Shown here one piece after another: positions 6,815-16,566 of a stretch of DNA of 64,000 nt. How positions within the stretch are numbered: position 1 is the stretch's first letter; each line of letters begins with the position of its first letter. Origin of the DNA: Candidatus Dojkabacteria bacterium. Its GTDB lineage: Bacteria; Patescibacteriota; Dojkabacteria; GCA-002793355. Where the stretch lies: positions 810,754-874,753 of the forward strand of contig CP129470.1 of NCBI GenBank assembly GCA_030583685.1, given 5' to 3'. Under the pieces are notes generated by a model. That model was not told where the DNA came from. It made no database searches and saw only the letters and a program-made list of their open reading frames with translations. The position numbers and the translations under genes were made by a program.

Positions 6815-8581
6815 ATGGCACAAGTATTCAAAACAACAGATTATACAATCGGAAAACTAATGGACGATATCGAAATCGGCGATATTGCTTTGCCAGATAT
6901 TCAGCGTCCGTTCGTATGGTACAAAAAAATATCAAAAGTCCGTGATTTGTTTGATTCGATTTATCGCGGTTATCCAATCGGATATTTGCTTTTCTGGGAA
7001 AATGCCAATCGCAGTGATTATAAAAATATTGGCTTTGATGAGAAGAAAAGGAAAATTCCGAGATTTTTGATAATTGACGGACAGCAAAGATTGACGGCTC
7101 TTTTTGCCGTTATGAAAAATCAGGAAGTTTTGACCCCTGATTATGAAAGCAAAGCTATCAAAATTGCTTTTCGCCCAATAGACGCACTTTTCAAAGTCGG
7201 CGACGCGGCGACCGATCGCGACCCCGAATATATTCCCGACCTTTCAGCTCTTTGGTCTGGCGAGGGTGATTTTGCTATCATTAGCAATTTTATTTCAGCG
7301 TTAAAAGAAAAACGAGAAATCACGAAAGAAGAAGAAAAGACAATTTCCTCAAACATTCAATCACTTATAAACATCAATAAATATCCTCTCACGGCTCTTG
7401 AAATTGCTCCTAATTTAGAAGAAGAAATCGTCTCGGATATTTTTGTTCGCATAAACAGTCAAGGGGTGAGTTTGACGCAAGCTGATTTCATTTTGACTTT
7501 ACTTTCCGTCTATTGGGAAGAGGGCAGGAAAGAAATTGAGCAGTTTTGTATTGATTCAAGAAAAATTCCAGAAAAAGAAACTCGTTTTTCGTCTTTCAAT
7601 TATTTGATAAAGCCCGATCCGGACGATATGCTTCGCGTTTTAGTTGGTCTGACATTCCACCGAGCAAAAATGAAAGATGTCTACTCCATTATTCGCGGAC
7701 GCGATATGGAAACAGGAGAATTTTCAGAAGAATTGCGAACGCATCAATTTGATAAATTGAAATTAAATTTGCCGACTATCCTTGATAATACGAATTGGCA
7801 AAGTTTTCTGAAAATTCTTATTGGTGGCGGATATAAAGATGAAGAACTTATATCGTCAAAAAATGCCGTTTTGTATAGCTATATTCTTTATCTTATTGGA
7901 AAACAAAATTTCAATACGCAAAATCACGAATTGCAAAGAATTATCGGGCGCTGGTTCGTGATGTCTTCTCTGACAGGTAGATATTCTTCTTCACCAGAAA
8001 CCGCCTTTGAAAAGGATCTAAACAGAATAAAAGAGTTTAGCCACGACGGATTTATCAGCGGACTTGAAAAGATAATTGGTGAGAATTTAACCAATGATTT
8101 TTGGGATATTACGCTTGTCGGGCAAATGGAAACATCATCAGCAAGAAGCCCAGAGGCAAATGCTTTTTATGCCGCGCTCAACAAGCTAGGCTCGCCAGTT
8201 TTATTTTCTCGCAAACTTGTAGGCGATCTTTATGATCCGTCTTTAAAGATTAAAAAGAAGCGTTTGGAAAAACATCACATATTCCCACGAAATTATCTCA
8301 TTTCAAAATATGGATTTGATAAGAACAAAGACAAGGCAAAAATAAACCAGATTGCCAATCTGACATTTTTGGAATTTGAAGATAATATCGAAATCAGCGA
8401 CGACAAACCAAGCGAATATTTTGCAATGGTGCAAAAAAGGTTCGGCGAGAGCGAAATTAAAGAAATGCTGGCAGAGCACGCTATTCCAGAAAATTTTTAT
8501 CAGCTTGAATATGATACATTCCTCCAAGAAAGAAGAAAACTCATGGCGGGAGTTATAAGAAAGGCATTTAATAAAATATAA
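6815..8581 (+). CDS. DUF262 (ParB-like NTPase) plus DUF1524 (His-Me finger nuclease) protein, GmrSD/BrxU/SspE family
   Basis: N-terminal DIQRPFVW..LIIDGQQRLTALF (DGQQR motif). C-terminal EKHHIFPRNYL..NQIANLTFLEFEDN (DUF1524-like HNH motif). Confidence 0.7.
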   Translation: MAQVFKTTDYTIGKLMDDIEIGDIALPDIQRPFVWYKKISKVRDLFDSIYRGYPIGYLLFWENANRSDYKNIGFDEKKRKIPRFLIIDGQQRLTALFAVMKNQEVLTPDYESKAIKIAFRPIDALFKVGDAATDRDPEYIPDLSALWSGEGDFAIISNFISALKEKREITKEEEKTISSNIQSLININKYPLTALEIAPNLEEEIVSDIFVRINSQGVSLTQADFILTLLSVYWEEGRKEIEQFCIDSRKIPEKETRFSSFNYLIKPDPDDMLRVLVGLTFHRAKMKDVYSIIRGRDMETGEFSEELRTHQFDKLKLNLPTILDNTNWQSFLKILIGGGYKDEELISSKNAVLYSYILYLIGKQNFNTQNHELQRIIGRWFVMSSLTGRYSSSPETAFEKDLNRIKEFSHDGFISGLEKIIGENLTNDFWDITLVGQMETSSARSPEANAFYAALNKLGSPVLFSRKLVGDLYDPSLKIKKKRLEKHHIFPRNYLISKYGFDKNKDKAKINQIANLTFLEFEDNIEISDDKPSEYFAMVQKRFGESEIKEMLAEHAIPENFYQLEYDTFLQERRKLMAGVIRKAFNKI

Positions 8582-8778
8582 GTATGACAAGAACTACTAA
8601 ACCTAAAAAAGAAACAAAAATCCGAAGAAAATTATTTTGATGATCTCCTCAGAGAAGAAGGATACGCGTCAGAGATTTCAATGCTTCTTGATTTAGGTAC
8701 ACCAGATAATAAACGACTATCAATCTTAGATGACCTTCTTGCACATCTGCAACGAAAAATTAAACATATTACGTAGTT

Positions 8779-9246
8779 TCATATAATCTCTACCTTCTTC
8801 GCATTCGCCGATATCAATCGAAACATATCTCGCTCTTTGTAATGCTTGGCTATGTTTGTCTCACTTGGGATATGGTCGGTGAGAAAAAATCCCCAAAAGG
8901 TTGTATGTAACAGTGCGAGCAGTCTACTGAATGAGCAAGTTGCTCGAAATTTTTTATCCTGTGTCCACCGTTTGAGAATTCGAATAACTGCCTGAAGAGG
9001 GGTAATCCGGATGTAAATCACCTTGTCTGCCCGCCGAATATAGTCTGGCAAGTAATAGGCACCTTCGATAATCCAATTTCCGTCCAATGGTATCGCTCGT
9101 GAAATTTCCTCATGGGTGAGCATTCTCTTTCCCTGGTTGTTCCATAAATCATCAGTATGAAATAGGGGTACGGCATGTTCTTGAGCAAGTTTCTTTGCAT
9201 AGGTCGTTTTCCCTGCACCAGGACTTCCAGAAATAAAGATTCTCAT
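8779..9246 (-). CDS. P-loop NMP-kinase-like protein (FlaR/adenylate-kinase-like)
   Basis: MRIFISGSPGAGKTTYAKKLA..FHTDDLW. The start is taken at the internal ATG that matches the Walker A position. Confidence 0.55.
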   Translation of the reverse strand: MRIFISGSPGAGKTTYAKKLAQEHAVPLFHTDDLWNNQGKRMLTHEEISRAIPLDGNWIIEGAYYLPDYIRRADKVIYIRITPLQAVIRILKRWTQDKKFRATCSFSRLLALLHTTFWGFFLTDHIPSETNIAKHYKERDMFRLISANAKKVEII

Positions 9247-9263
9247 ACGGTATTGTATAATTA

Positions 9264-10025
9264 GTGATGGTAGATGAGCAACTCCGCATCGCAACTGAAT
9301 CAGGAAAACAAATATTGGGGAGAATAACAGGCAATGAATCGAGTGATACGATACTCATCTTTTCTCACGGATTTGGTGTAAAAAGCGATTCCCGAGGAAT
9401 GTTCAACCTCTTGGTAGAGCGGTATCAAGAACGTTTTCTCACCGTTCGTTTTCACTATGTTGTCGTTGATGATATTACGCAAGATATCTTTGCCATAAGT
9501 TACTCTGAGCAAGTTGAAAAATTACTTCACGTTGTTTCGAAAGTTCAGAAAAAATACGGAAAAAAGAAAATTATCCTCATCTCACATTCACAAGGTTGTG
9601 GCGTCTCCTGCAAGTATATTGTTGAACAGAACGCGAAATTAGCAAAACATATTATGCTTGCACCTCCGCCAACAAAAAATGTTGCGGAAAGAACGCGTGA
9701 AAAGTTTGGTAAACGAAAAGGAGCGGTCCTTAATGAATCAGGAATGAGCATATATCCTCGAACAGATGGTTCACAAACAGTAATTCCTCCGAATTTTTGG
9801 GCGGAAGCAGAAGCAATGAAACCGCTTGAGCTGTACAAAAAGGCGTCTGAAATGGTGCCAACCGTTGTTGTGTGGGGAGCGCAAGATACAACCATTCAGC
9901 AGGAGAATTTCACTGAAATAAAACAATTGAAACTCAAGCGATTAGTTGAGCTTCCTAATGGTCATGAATTCATGGAAGATAAAATGCAAGGAGTAATGAA
10001 GGTTTTGGATGAGGAGTTAACTTAA
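9264..10025 (+). CDS. alpha/beta-hydrolase
   Basis: FSHGFG..; nucleophile elbow ISHSQGCG (GxSxG); NGHEF near the C-terminus. Confidence 0.6.
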   Translation: MMVDEQLRIATESGKQILGRITGNESSDTILIFSHGFGVKSDSRGMFNLLVERYQERFLTVRFHYVVVDDITQDIFAISYSEQVEKLLHVVSKVQKKYGKKKIILISHSQGCGVSCKYIVEQNAKLAKHIMLAPPPTKNVAERTREKFGKRKGAVLNESGMSIYPRTDGSQTVIPPNFWAEAEAMKPLELYKKASEMVPTVVVWGAQDTTIQQENFTEIKQLKLKRLVELPNGHEFMEDKMQGVMKVLDEELT

Positions 10026-10036
10026 TAGATTTTACA

Positions 10037-10669
10037 ATGGAATACGTTGACATACTTCGACCACCAACGTTTGAGAAGACAGGTGTGACTAAACCGTTGA
10101 AGCAAGCGTGGGACGACGAAAACTGGATAGGGACGTTTAACTTATGGATTGTACAAAAGCAACCTGTTCCTTCACTTGTGTATCAAGTGAGAAGCTTACG
10201 AAGTAGTTGGGAACCGGGCAAACTTGATGTTACAGCTGGTGGCCATTATTCCGCAGGAGAAGAACTTGCTGATGGATTGCGAGAAATTAAAGAAGAACTT
10301 GGAATCACCTATGAATTTGAGCAAGTAACCTATCTAGGAAAGCGATTGAATGTGAGCCTTGATGTTAATGGGAAACATCGAAACAATGCTGTGGATGTAT
10401 CTATAATCCACGATGATCGGCCAATTACAGACTATATACTTGAAGAAGCAGAGGTGTATGCGATATGTAGTGTTCCTTTAGCAGAGCTCAGAAAAGTGCA
10501 TACCAGAGAAGGATATCAAATTACTGTATCTGGTCTTACTTCGACAGGTGAAACAATTCCGCTTGAAGTGAACAAAAATGCTTTTCCGTATAACTACGAT
10601 AACTATCACTTTAAAATGGTAAGCTTAGCGGAGCGATTTCTGCAAGGTGAAGAGCATCTTATTTATTAG
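10037..10669 (+). CDS. Nudix hydrolase
   Basis: Nudix box GGHYSAGEELADGLREIKEELGI (REx2EExGU). Confidence 0.7.
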   Translation: MEYVDILRPPTFEKTGVTKPLKQAWDDENWIGTFNLWIVQKQPVPSLVYQVRSLRSSWEPGKLDVTAGGHYSAGEELADGLREIKEELGITYEFEQVTYLGKRLNVSLDVNGKHRNNAVDVSIIHDDRPITDYILEEAEVYAICSVPLAELRKVHTREGYQITVSGLTSTGETIPLEVNKNAFPYNYDNYHFKMVSLAERFLQGEEHLIY

Positions 10670-10677
10670 CAATTGCC

Positions 10678-11121
10678 ATGTCCATTTTTGAATCTAAACA
10701 CTTCCTCCTTGAATCGCTCGAAAAGCCCGAAGTTGATAGACTTGATGGGGGACATGTTAAAATTTCTCCGAAGATTTCTGTAGAAGACATTTCGTTTTAT
10801 ACCCCCGAACAAATGATTGATCTTGCGCGTTTGACTCAGGTCGCCGGAATCGCCATGAAAGAAGCGATGTCGGCAATTGGCGTCGAAATAGGTCGTATCA
10901 ATTATCAAGATAACGGTAACTGGACACCTGTTCAACATGTTCACCTGTATTGCAGAGCAAAACAGGCAAAATGGCAAAAATACGGTGATCCCATAATTCC
11001 AGGAAACAAGCCAGAATATCAACCACTAACAAGAGAAGATTGTGAACAAATCCATCAAATTGTTGAACGGTTGTTTACAGAAGAACGATTTTCAAACAAA
11101 GCATGGGGATTACAAGGTTAA
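10678..11121 (+). CDS. HIT-like (histidine-triad superfamily) protein, triad partly degenerate
   Basis: GGHVKISPK (HIT N-terminal-like) and QHVHLY instead of HxHxHxx. Confidence 0.4.
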   Translation: MSIFESKHFLLESLEKPEVDRLDGGHVKISPKISVEDISFYTPEQMIDLARLTQVAGIAMKEAMSAIGVEIGRINYQDNGNWTPVQHVHLYCRAKQAKWQKYGDPIIPGNKPEYQPLTREDCEQIHQIVERLFTEERFSNKAWGLQG

Positions 11122-13779
11122 CCGCCTCAGTCGAATTGTTTTATACACTTCTCCCGTTAACAGCACAATCCCGGATACAAGAATAACTCCGGAAAGCTCG
11201 AAAAAAGTGAGTGGGACAAAGTTGAAAATTGGCTGAAACGAAGGTGTATACATGGCGCCGAGGAAAAGAAACGACGAAACCGCGACCGCAACGTTTATTG
11301 CAGGATTAGAGAAGTACCCAAGTTTCCAAATGGGAGTATCCAGAGAACGAAGGTTGAAGACGTTAAACAACTGAGTGAAAACCATCACCGCAAAAACCAT
11401 GGTACGTGCCTTGTCGAGTGAGCCACTCAGATACGGCAAGAAATATGCCATGCCCAGAGTCATCATAAGAAGCGCTAACGTTATAATGAAAACGAAGTCT
11501 TTTCTTGTCACAATTGACTCGGTTTTATTTCGTGGCTTTTCCGTCAGAATTGAGCGGTGAGATTTTTCTGTCGCGAGGGCGACATCTGAAAGTCCGTCGG
11601 TTACGAGGTTAAGCCAGAGAATTTGCAAGGGTAGCAACGGCAATGGGGTTGCAAAGAGAAACGATACAAAGATCAAAAAGTACTCAGCAAGATTAGTGGT
11701 AATCAGATACAAACTTGTTTGCCTCATATTTTTGAAAACGGTTCGCCCTTCTTGAACCGCATCGATGATTGTTGCGAAGCTGTCTTCAAGGAGAATGAGG
11801 TCACTCGATTCTTTCGCGACATCGGTTCCCATAAGACCCATTGAGATACCAATATCGGCCTGCTTGATGACGGGAGCATCGTTAACTCCGTCGCCGGTCA
11901 TTGCAATGACTTGCCCGTCTTGTTGCAAAACCTGAGCAATTCGTTGTTTTGTTTCAGGAGTTACGCGTGCAAAAACATTGATCGTTCTCACTTTTTGTGC
12001 AAATTCTTCGTCAGAAAGCTCGTCGATATCTGTTTGCGACAGTGCCTGGATATGTAATTGAGAATTCGGCGTTGTTGGATCAATAATTCCAGATTTTCGT
12101 GCAATTTCAAAGGCGGTTGCAACATGATCCCCAGTTGCCATAATAACACGGATACCCGCAGTGTGAGCTGCTGTAATGGCCGCTGGCACCTCTTCACGGA
12201 GGGGGTCGGCAATTTGAAGCACCGCTCCTAATTCGAGCGTTTTTGGTACAGTTTTAGGCATTTCTGATTGGGAGATTTGAGTATAAGCAACTGCTTGCAT
12301 GCGGTACCCTTTTGTTGCTGCTCGCTCAACCTCGGAAACAAGGTCTCCTGCATTTTTGCAGTTCGCAAGAACGGCTTCTGCACCGCCAAGGAGTACAAAG
12401 AGAAACTTTCCTGTAGCTTTTTCTTTAAAGAGTGCACTTTTCGTTTTAGAATCCTGATTATATGCAGTGTCAGTCAGTAGCTCATAGTGTTCTGCGGCAA
12501 GTGTTCGGGTATATCCAGCTTTTCGTGCAACAACATAACGGGCAACTTCTGTTGGATAACCAGTAACTGTTGGACCGGATTCCGTTTCGGTGATCTCTCC
12601 GATACTCGTGAGTGCAAAAAGAGAAAACAGACGTTTTAATCCACTCATCTCAGTTGTTGAAATGCTTTTTTTGTTTCGCAGAAACTTCCCTGTGAGCTCC
12701 CATCTTTTTCCCGTTATGTCGATTGGATTTCTGTCTGCAAAAAGCAATTTTTCGACCTTCATCACATTTTCGGTTAAGGTGCCTGTTTTATCGGTGATAA
12801 TGGTTGTGACTGTTGAAAGTGTTTCAATGGCTGGGAGGTTTCGCAGAAGTGCCTTCTTGCGAGACATGCGCACAGAGGCGATAGAGAGCAAAACCGTCAA
12901 AACCGACGGCAACCCTTCAGGAATACCAGAAATGATTGTTGCAAACACAAAGGAGAGTATTTCGCTGAAGCTTTCGCCTCGAAAGTAAAGCAATATACCA
13001 ATTAATCCAGAAAGGACTATTGCAACAGTAATCATTTGTTTAAGCAAAAATTCCGTTCTCTGATGGAAGAGTGATTTTTGCTCGATCGTCGTTTGCAGTT
13101 GTTTCGAAATTTTGCCGATTTCTGTTTTTTCTCCGATTGCAACAACAACACCTTCACCTTTTCCAGAAACAACATGCGTACTCATGAAAACCATATTGAT
13201 CCTATCCCCAAGTGCCGTTTTTATGGGAAGTTCTTTTGCCTGTTTCAAGATTGGAAGTGATTCTCCGGTTAAACTCGCTTCCTCCGTGGACAACTCGCGA
13301 GAATCGAGTAATCGAATGTCTGCGGGCACAGTCTGTCCGTCTTCAAGAAGCACGATATCACCAGGTACAAGCTCGTATTGCTGAATGAGTTGAATTTTCC
13401 CGTTACGTCGAACTCGGCAGGTTAATGTTACCAGTTGTTTTAGACTTTGTACGCGTTTCTCAGCTCGGAATTCATGAAATACCCCAACGGACATATTGAT
13501 GACGATAAGGATGCCAATGACAACTGCGTCAATCAGGTGGTCGGAAAGAAGCGAGAGAATCGTTGCCAAGAGAAGAATGTAGGTAAGTGCATTATGAAAC
13601 TGATGCCAAAGAATTTGCCAGATGGTTTTTGCGGAAGTTTCAGGAAGTTTATTTTCTCCGTATAAAATTCTTCGTCGAATTACTTCTTCGGAAGAAAGCC
13701 CGTGAGTATTCGTAACTGACAGTTTCTTGAGGAGTTGAGTGAGTGACACTGAATGCGAGGCCATAAAGTATGGTAGCAT
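11110..13779 (-). CDS. cation-transporting P-type ATPase
   Basis: DKTGTLT phosphorylation motif, TGES-like actuator, MTGDGVNDAP hinge, N-terminal cation-ATPase domain, and about 10 TM segments. Confidence 0.9.
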   Translation of the reverse strand: MLPYFMASHSVSLTQLLKKLSVTNTHGLSSEEVIRRRILYGENKLPETSAKTIWQILWHQFHNALTYILLLATILSLLSDHLIDAVVIGILIVINMSVGVFHEFRAEKRVQSLKQLVTLTCRVRRNGKIQLIQQYELVPGDIVLLEDGQTVPADIRLLDSRELSTEEASLTGESLPILKQAKELPIKTALGDRINMVFMSTHVVSGKGEGVVVAIGEKTEIGKISKQLQTTIEQKSLFHQRTEFLLKQMITVAIVLSGLIGILLYFRGESFSEILSFVFATIISGIPEGLPSVLTVLLSIASVRMSRKKALLRNLPAIETLSTVTTIITDKTGTLTENVMKVEKLLFADRNPIDITGKRWELTGKFLRNKKSISTTEMSGLKRLFSLFALTSIGEITETESGPTVTGYPTEVARYVVARKAGYTRTLAAEHYELLTDTAYNQDSKTKSALFKEKATGKFLFVLLGGAEAVLANCKNAGDLVSEVERAATKGYRMQAVAYTQISQSEMPKTVPKTLELGAVLQIADPLREEVPAAITAAHTAGIRVIMATGDHVATAFEIARKSGIIDPTTPNSQLHIQALSQTDIDELSDEEFAQKVRTINVFARVTPETKQRIAQVLQQDGQVIAMTGDGVNDAPVIKQADIGISMGLMGTDVAKESSDLILLEDSFATIIDAVQEGRTVFKNMRQTSLYLITTNLAEYFLIFVSFLFATPLPLLPLQILWLNLVTDGLSDVALATEKSHRSILTEKPRNKTESIVTRKDFVFIITLALLMMTLGMAYFLPYLSGSLDKARTMVFAVMVFTQLFNVFNLRSLDTPIWKLGYFSNPAINVAVAVSSFLFLGAMYTPSFQPIFNFVPLTFFELSGVILVSGIVLLTGEVYKTIRLRRLTL

Positions 13780-14721
13780 ATGTTAATGCGAGGTAGTGAA
13801 GTAAGCAAATATATTGTTACCGCTGGTCCACGTAGTTCTGATATTGATGTTTATGCATGTGCAATTGCATATGCAGAGCTATTACGCAAAGAAGGAAAAG
13901 ACGCTCAAGCCTTAATTGGAAAGGAGTTTACTGCAAGTATTACAGAATCACTTCGTAAACTTGATGTACCGTTCCTGACAGAGTATATCGCAACTGGTAC
14001 TGAAAGTGTTGTTTTGGTTGATGTTTCTGATCCAAAGCATATTCCACAGCAATTTTTTAAATCACAAGTAATAGAGGTTTTTGATCATCGCCCGATGTTT
14101 ATAAATGAGTGGGTATCATCACCGAAGTTGTCTGTTAAAATAGAACAAGTTGGCGCATGCGCAACGCTAATTTGGGAAGAAGTAGAGAAACGTGGATTTG
14201 CAGAAAATATTTCCTCAGAATCGGCTTTATTACTGCTTGCGGCGATTGTTTCAAATAATCTAGCAATGAAATCTCCACTTCTTACCCAGCGTGATCGTTC
14301 CGCATTTGAAACATTAAAAGAGAAAGCAAGCATTTCGACAACATGGGTAGCGGAGTATTTTACCGAACAAGAAGAACATCTATATGCGAATTTAACAACA
14401 CTTGTGAAAGCTGATACGAAAGTAACTGACTCCCCAATTGGTCCACTTGTTATTGGGCAAATCGAACTTTGGAATGCATCGAGACTGGTAGCAGAAATGC
14501 AACAAGATTTGCTCGCATGTATGAACTCAGTTGCGCGGAATGGAAGATGGTTCATTAACATCGTATCCATTTCTGAAGGAGTGAATTACATTTTTACTCC
14601 TGATGAGAAAACAAAAAAGTTACTTCAAGAGAACTTGTCACTACAATTTCGAGATAATGTCGCAAAGACAGGTACTTTGCTTATGAGAAAGCAGATAATG
14701 AATAAATTAACGATCATATAA
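13780..14721 (+). CDS. DHH-family-like phosphoesterase (PpaC/NrnA-like), motif degenerate (DHR)
   Basis: N-terminal DIDVYACAIAYAELLRKEG resembles family II PPase/DHH motif I. The DHH motif is replaced by VFDHRP. Confidence 0.4.
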   Translation: MLMRGSEVSKYIVTAGPRSSDIDVYACAIAYAELLRKEGKDAQALIGKEFTASITESLRKLDVPFLTEYIATGTESVVLVDVSDPKHIPQQFFKSQVIEVFDHRPMFINEWVSSPKLSVKIEQVGACATLIWEEVEKRGFAENISSESALLLLAAIVSNNLAMKSPLLTQRDRSAFETLKEKASISTTWVAEYFTEQEEHLYANLTTLVKADTKVTDSPIGPLVIGQIELWNASRLVAEMQQDLLACMNSVARNGRWFINIVSISEGVNYIFTPDEKTKKLLQENLSLQFRDNVAKTGTLLMRKQIMNKLTII

Positions 14722-14723
14722 CA

Positions 14724-15188
14724 ATGTTGCCTTCCAATCTCCAAAAACTTCTTCGAGAATTCAATGTCAAAGGATATGCCGATCCAAGTAAGACGTACGA
14801 AGATAATTCGAAGCAAGGCAAGTTGCTCAGACTTCAGATTGATGCCTACACGTATGAAGACGAATTTTATGGTGGTGAACCGTATTCTGGCAATGAAACA
14901 ATTTGGGAACTGGCAAACCAATCTTTCGGTGTGTGTATTGGGGGAAAGTTGCAGAAGGGTGAAGATTTCGGAGTACTGTACTCATTTTTACGAGCTGCAT
15001 TGGCGCAAGGTCCGTCAGGAAACTGTGTTCATCGTGGGCCAGAATCGTATCGTGAAGCTGATTTAGAGTACACTAATGAATGTATTGGAGATATTACCGA
15101 GTTTCGACAAATAGAAAGGATAGTATCCAAGGGAAAGGAAGTCTACATCGCGTACTTTAATGGTGGAATTATCAATCAGAAATCGTAG
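14724..15188 (+). CDS. hypothetical protein
   Basis: 154-aa ORF with a 2-nt gap after the upstream gene. No motif recognised. Confidence 0.35.
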   Translation: MLPSNLQKLLREFNVKGYADPSKTYEDNSKQGKLLRLQIDAYTYEDEFYGGEPYSGNETIWELANQSFGVCIGGKLQKGEDFGVLYSFLRAALAQGPSGNCVHRGPESYREADLEYTNECIGDITEFRQIERIVSKGKEVYIAYFNGGIINQKS

Positions 15189-15189
15189 C

Positions 15190-15882
15190 CTAGTACCCGG
15201 GAAATCGATCGACAACTTCGTATGAGGTCGTCTCAGTTTTCTTGTTTTTCAGCAGAAAGCCAACAATAATTCCAAAGAGCAATCCTCCAATGTGCGCGAA
15301 CCACGCGGTACCACCCCCTTCTTCAGGAGTGACAAGACTTCCAAATCCGCTGAAAAATTGAGTGATTGCCCAGTAGACGAGAAAAATTTGTGCGGGTAAT
15401 TCTTGTCGAAAGATTCCTCCCCCAAAAATGACAAGGGTATTGATACGGTGGTGAGGAAACACCATCAGGTAATAACCCAAAATACCTGAGATGGCACCAC
15501 TTGCACCAAGCATTGGAATTGTAGACAGAGGATCAATGAAATACTGGAGAAAAACCGCGCTAATGGTCGCTCCAAGGTAGAAAACAAGGTAGCCAATTAT
15601 TCCGAGTGACTCCTCGACGTTATCACCAAAAACCCAAAGAAAAAGCATATTAAACAGAATATGGGTTATACCACCGTGCAAGAAAGCAGAAGTGATGACG
15701 GGTGCCCACGTGGAAGGATCCGAAAAAGAAAAGAGTGCAGGGGTAAATGCGTATTGCATAATAAATGCATCCAAATCAAGGGTAGTCATTTCAAACAGAA
15801 AAACCAGAACATTCACTATGACCAGAATAATAGTTATAAAGGGAATTGCGTATGTTTTGTGGCTATCACTTAATGGGATCAT
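15190..15882 (-). CDS. rhomboid-family intramembrane serine protease
   Basis: GASGAISGILG (catalytic Ser), HLGGLLFG-like HIGGLLFG (catalytic His), FLHGGITHILFNM. Start chosen at ATG 15882, which has TACAAT 5 nt upstream. The ORF-track start 15945 would overlap the divergent gene. Confidence 0.75.
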   Translation of the reverse strand: MIPLSDSHKTYAIPFITIILVIVNVLVFLFEMTTLDLDAFIMQYAFTPALFSFSDPSTWAPVITSAFLHGGITHILFNMLFLWVFGDNVEESLGIIGYLVFYLGATISAVFLQYFIDPLSTIPMLGASGAISGILGYYLMVFPHHRINTLVIFGGGIFRQELPAQIFLVYWAITQFFSGFGSLVTPEEGGGTAWFAHIGGLLFGIIVGFLLKNKKTETTSYEVVDRFPGY

Positions 15883-15933
15883 ACGGTATTGTATCGTATC
15901 AGACGATTTCAGAAAATTCCTGTACAATTCGGT

Positions 15934-16560
15934 ATGCGATCCCACATTTTTTTCGATTTTGATAGAACCTTAATCGATACGGACGCATTGAAAGCAGAAC
16001 AAGCACATCGGATAGCAAAGATTACACAGTTATCTGTAGAAGATATTCATGCAGGAATGCGTCAATATATTGATTCAATCCAGAATCATCTTTTGTTTTC
16101 TGTGGAAGGATATGCACAATTCTTGAGTGATTTGTATGGAGTTTCCCCAGGAGATGTTTTGAAAATCTATTTAACAGATTGTAACTATATTGCTGACTAT
16201 GTGTTTCCTGAAGTTTATGAGGTGTTGCAAACATTGTCTGAGAATAATGTTGAAATGGGAATATATTCAACAGCAAATCCAGGTCATCAAAGAATAAAAG
16301 TTGAACATTCTGGCGTGCTTAAATATATACCTTGGCACAAGGTCGTTATTGCACCGAATAAGTTGGCGCCCGAAATAGTTGCCAAAGTACCAAACAAAGT
16401 GACATTAATTGATGATGACTTGGAGGTGCTTACAACTTTTCAACGGGTTAGACCCGATGTCGAAGTGTTGTGGATTAATCGAAAGCAGAGTATGTCGTCT
16501 TTTTCAGGAAAGATGATATACTCTTTGCGCGAATTACTCACCTCTGAATCTGCGGTATAA
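15934..16560 (+). CDS. HAD-superfamily hydrolase
   Basis: IFFDFDRTLIDTD (DxDxT motif I). TGTACAAT extended -10 sits 5 nt upstream of the ATG. Confidence 0.55.
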   Translation: MRSHIFFDFDRTLIDTDALKAEQAHRIAKITQLSVEDIHAGMRQYIDSIQNHLLFSVEGYAQFLSDLYGVSPGDVLKIYLTDCNYIADYVFPEVYEVLQTLSENNVEMGIYSTANPGHQRIKVEHSGVLKYIPWHKVVIAPNKLAPEIVAKVPNKVTLIDDDLEVLTTFQRVRPDVEVLWINRKQSMSSFSGKMIYSLRELLTSESAV

Positions 16561-16566
16561 TGAGAA

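Noticed and set aside
11375-13665. Several plus-strand ORFs inside the P-type ATPase gene (e.g. 12590-12988, 13112-13384, 13447-13665)
   Set aside because: They are antisense to a long, well-supported CDS and have low-complexity translations.
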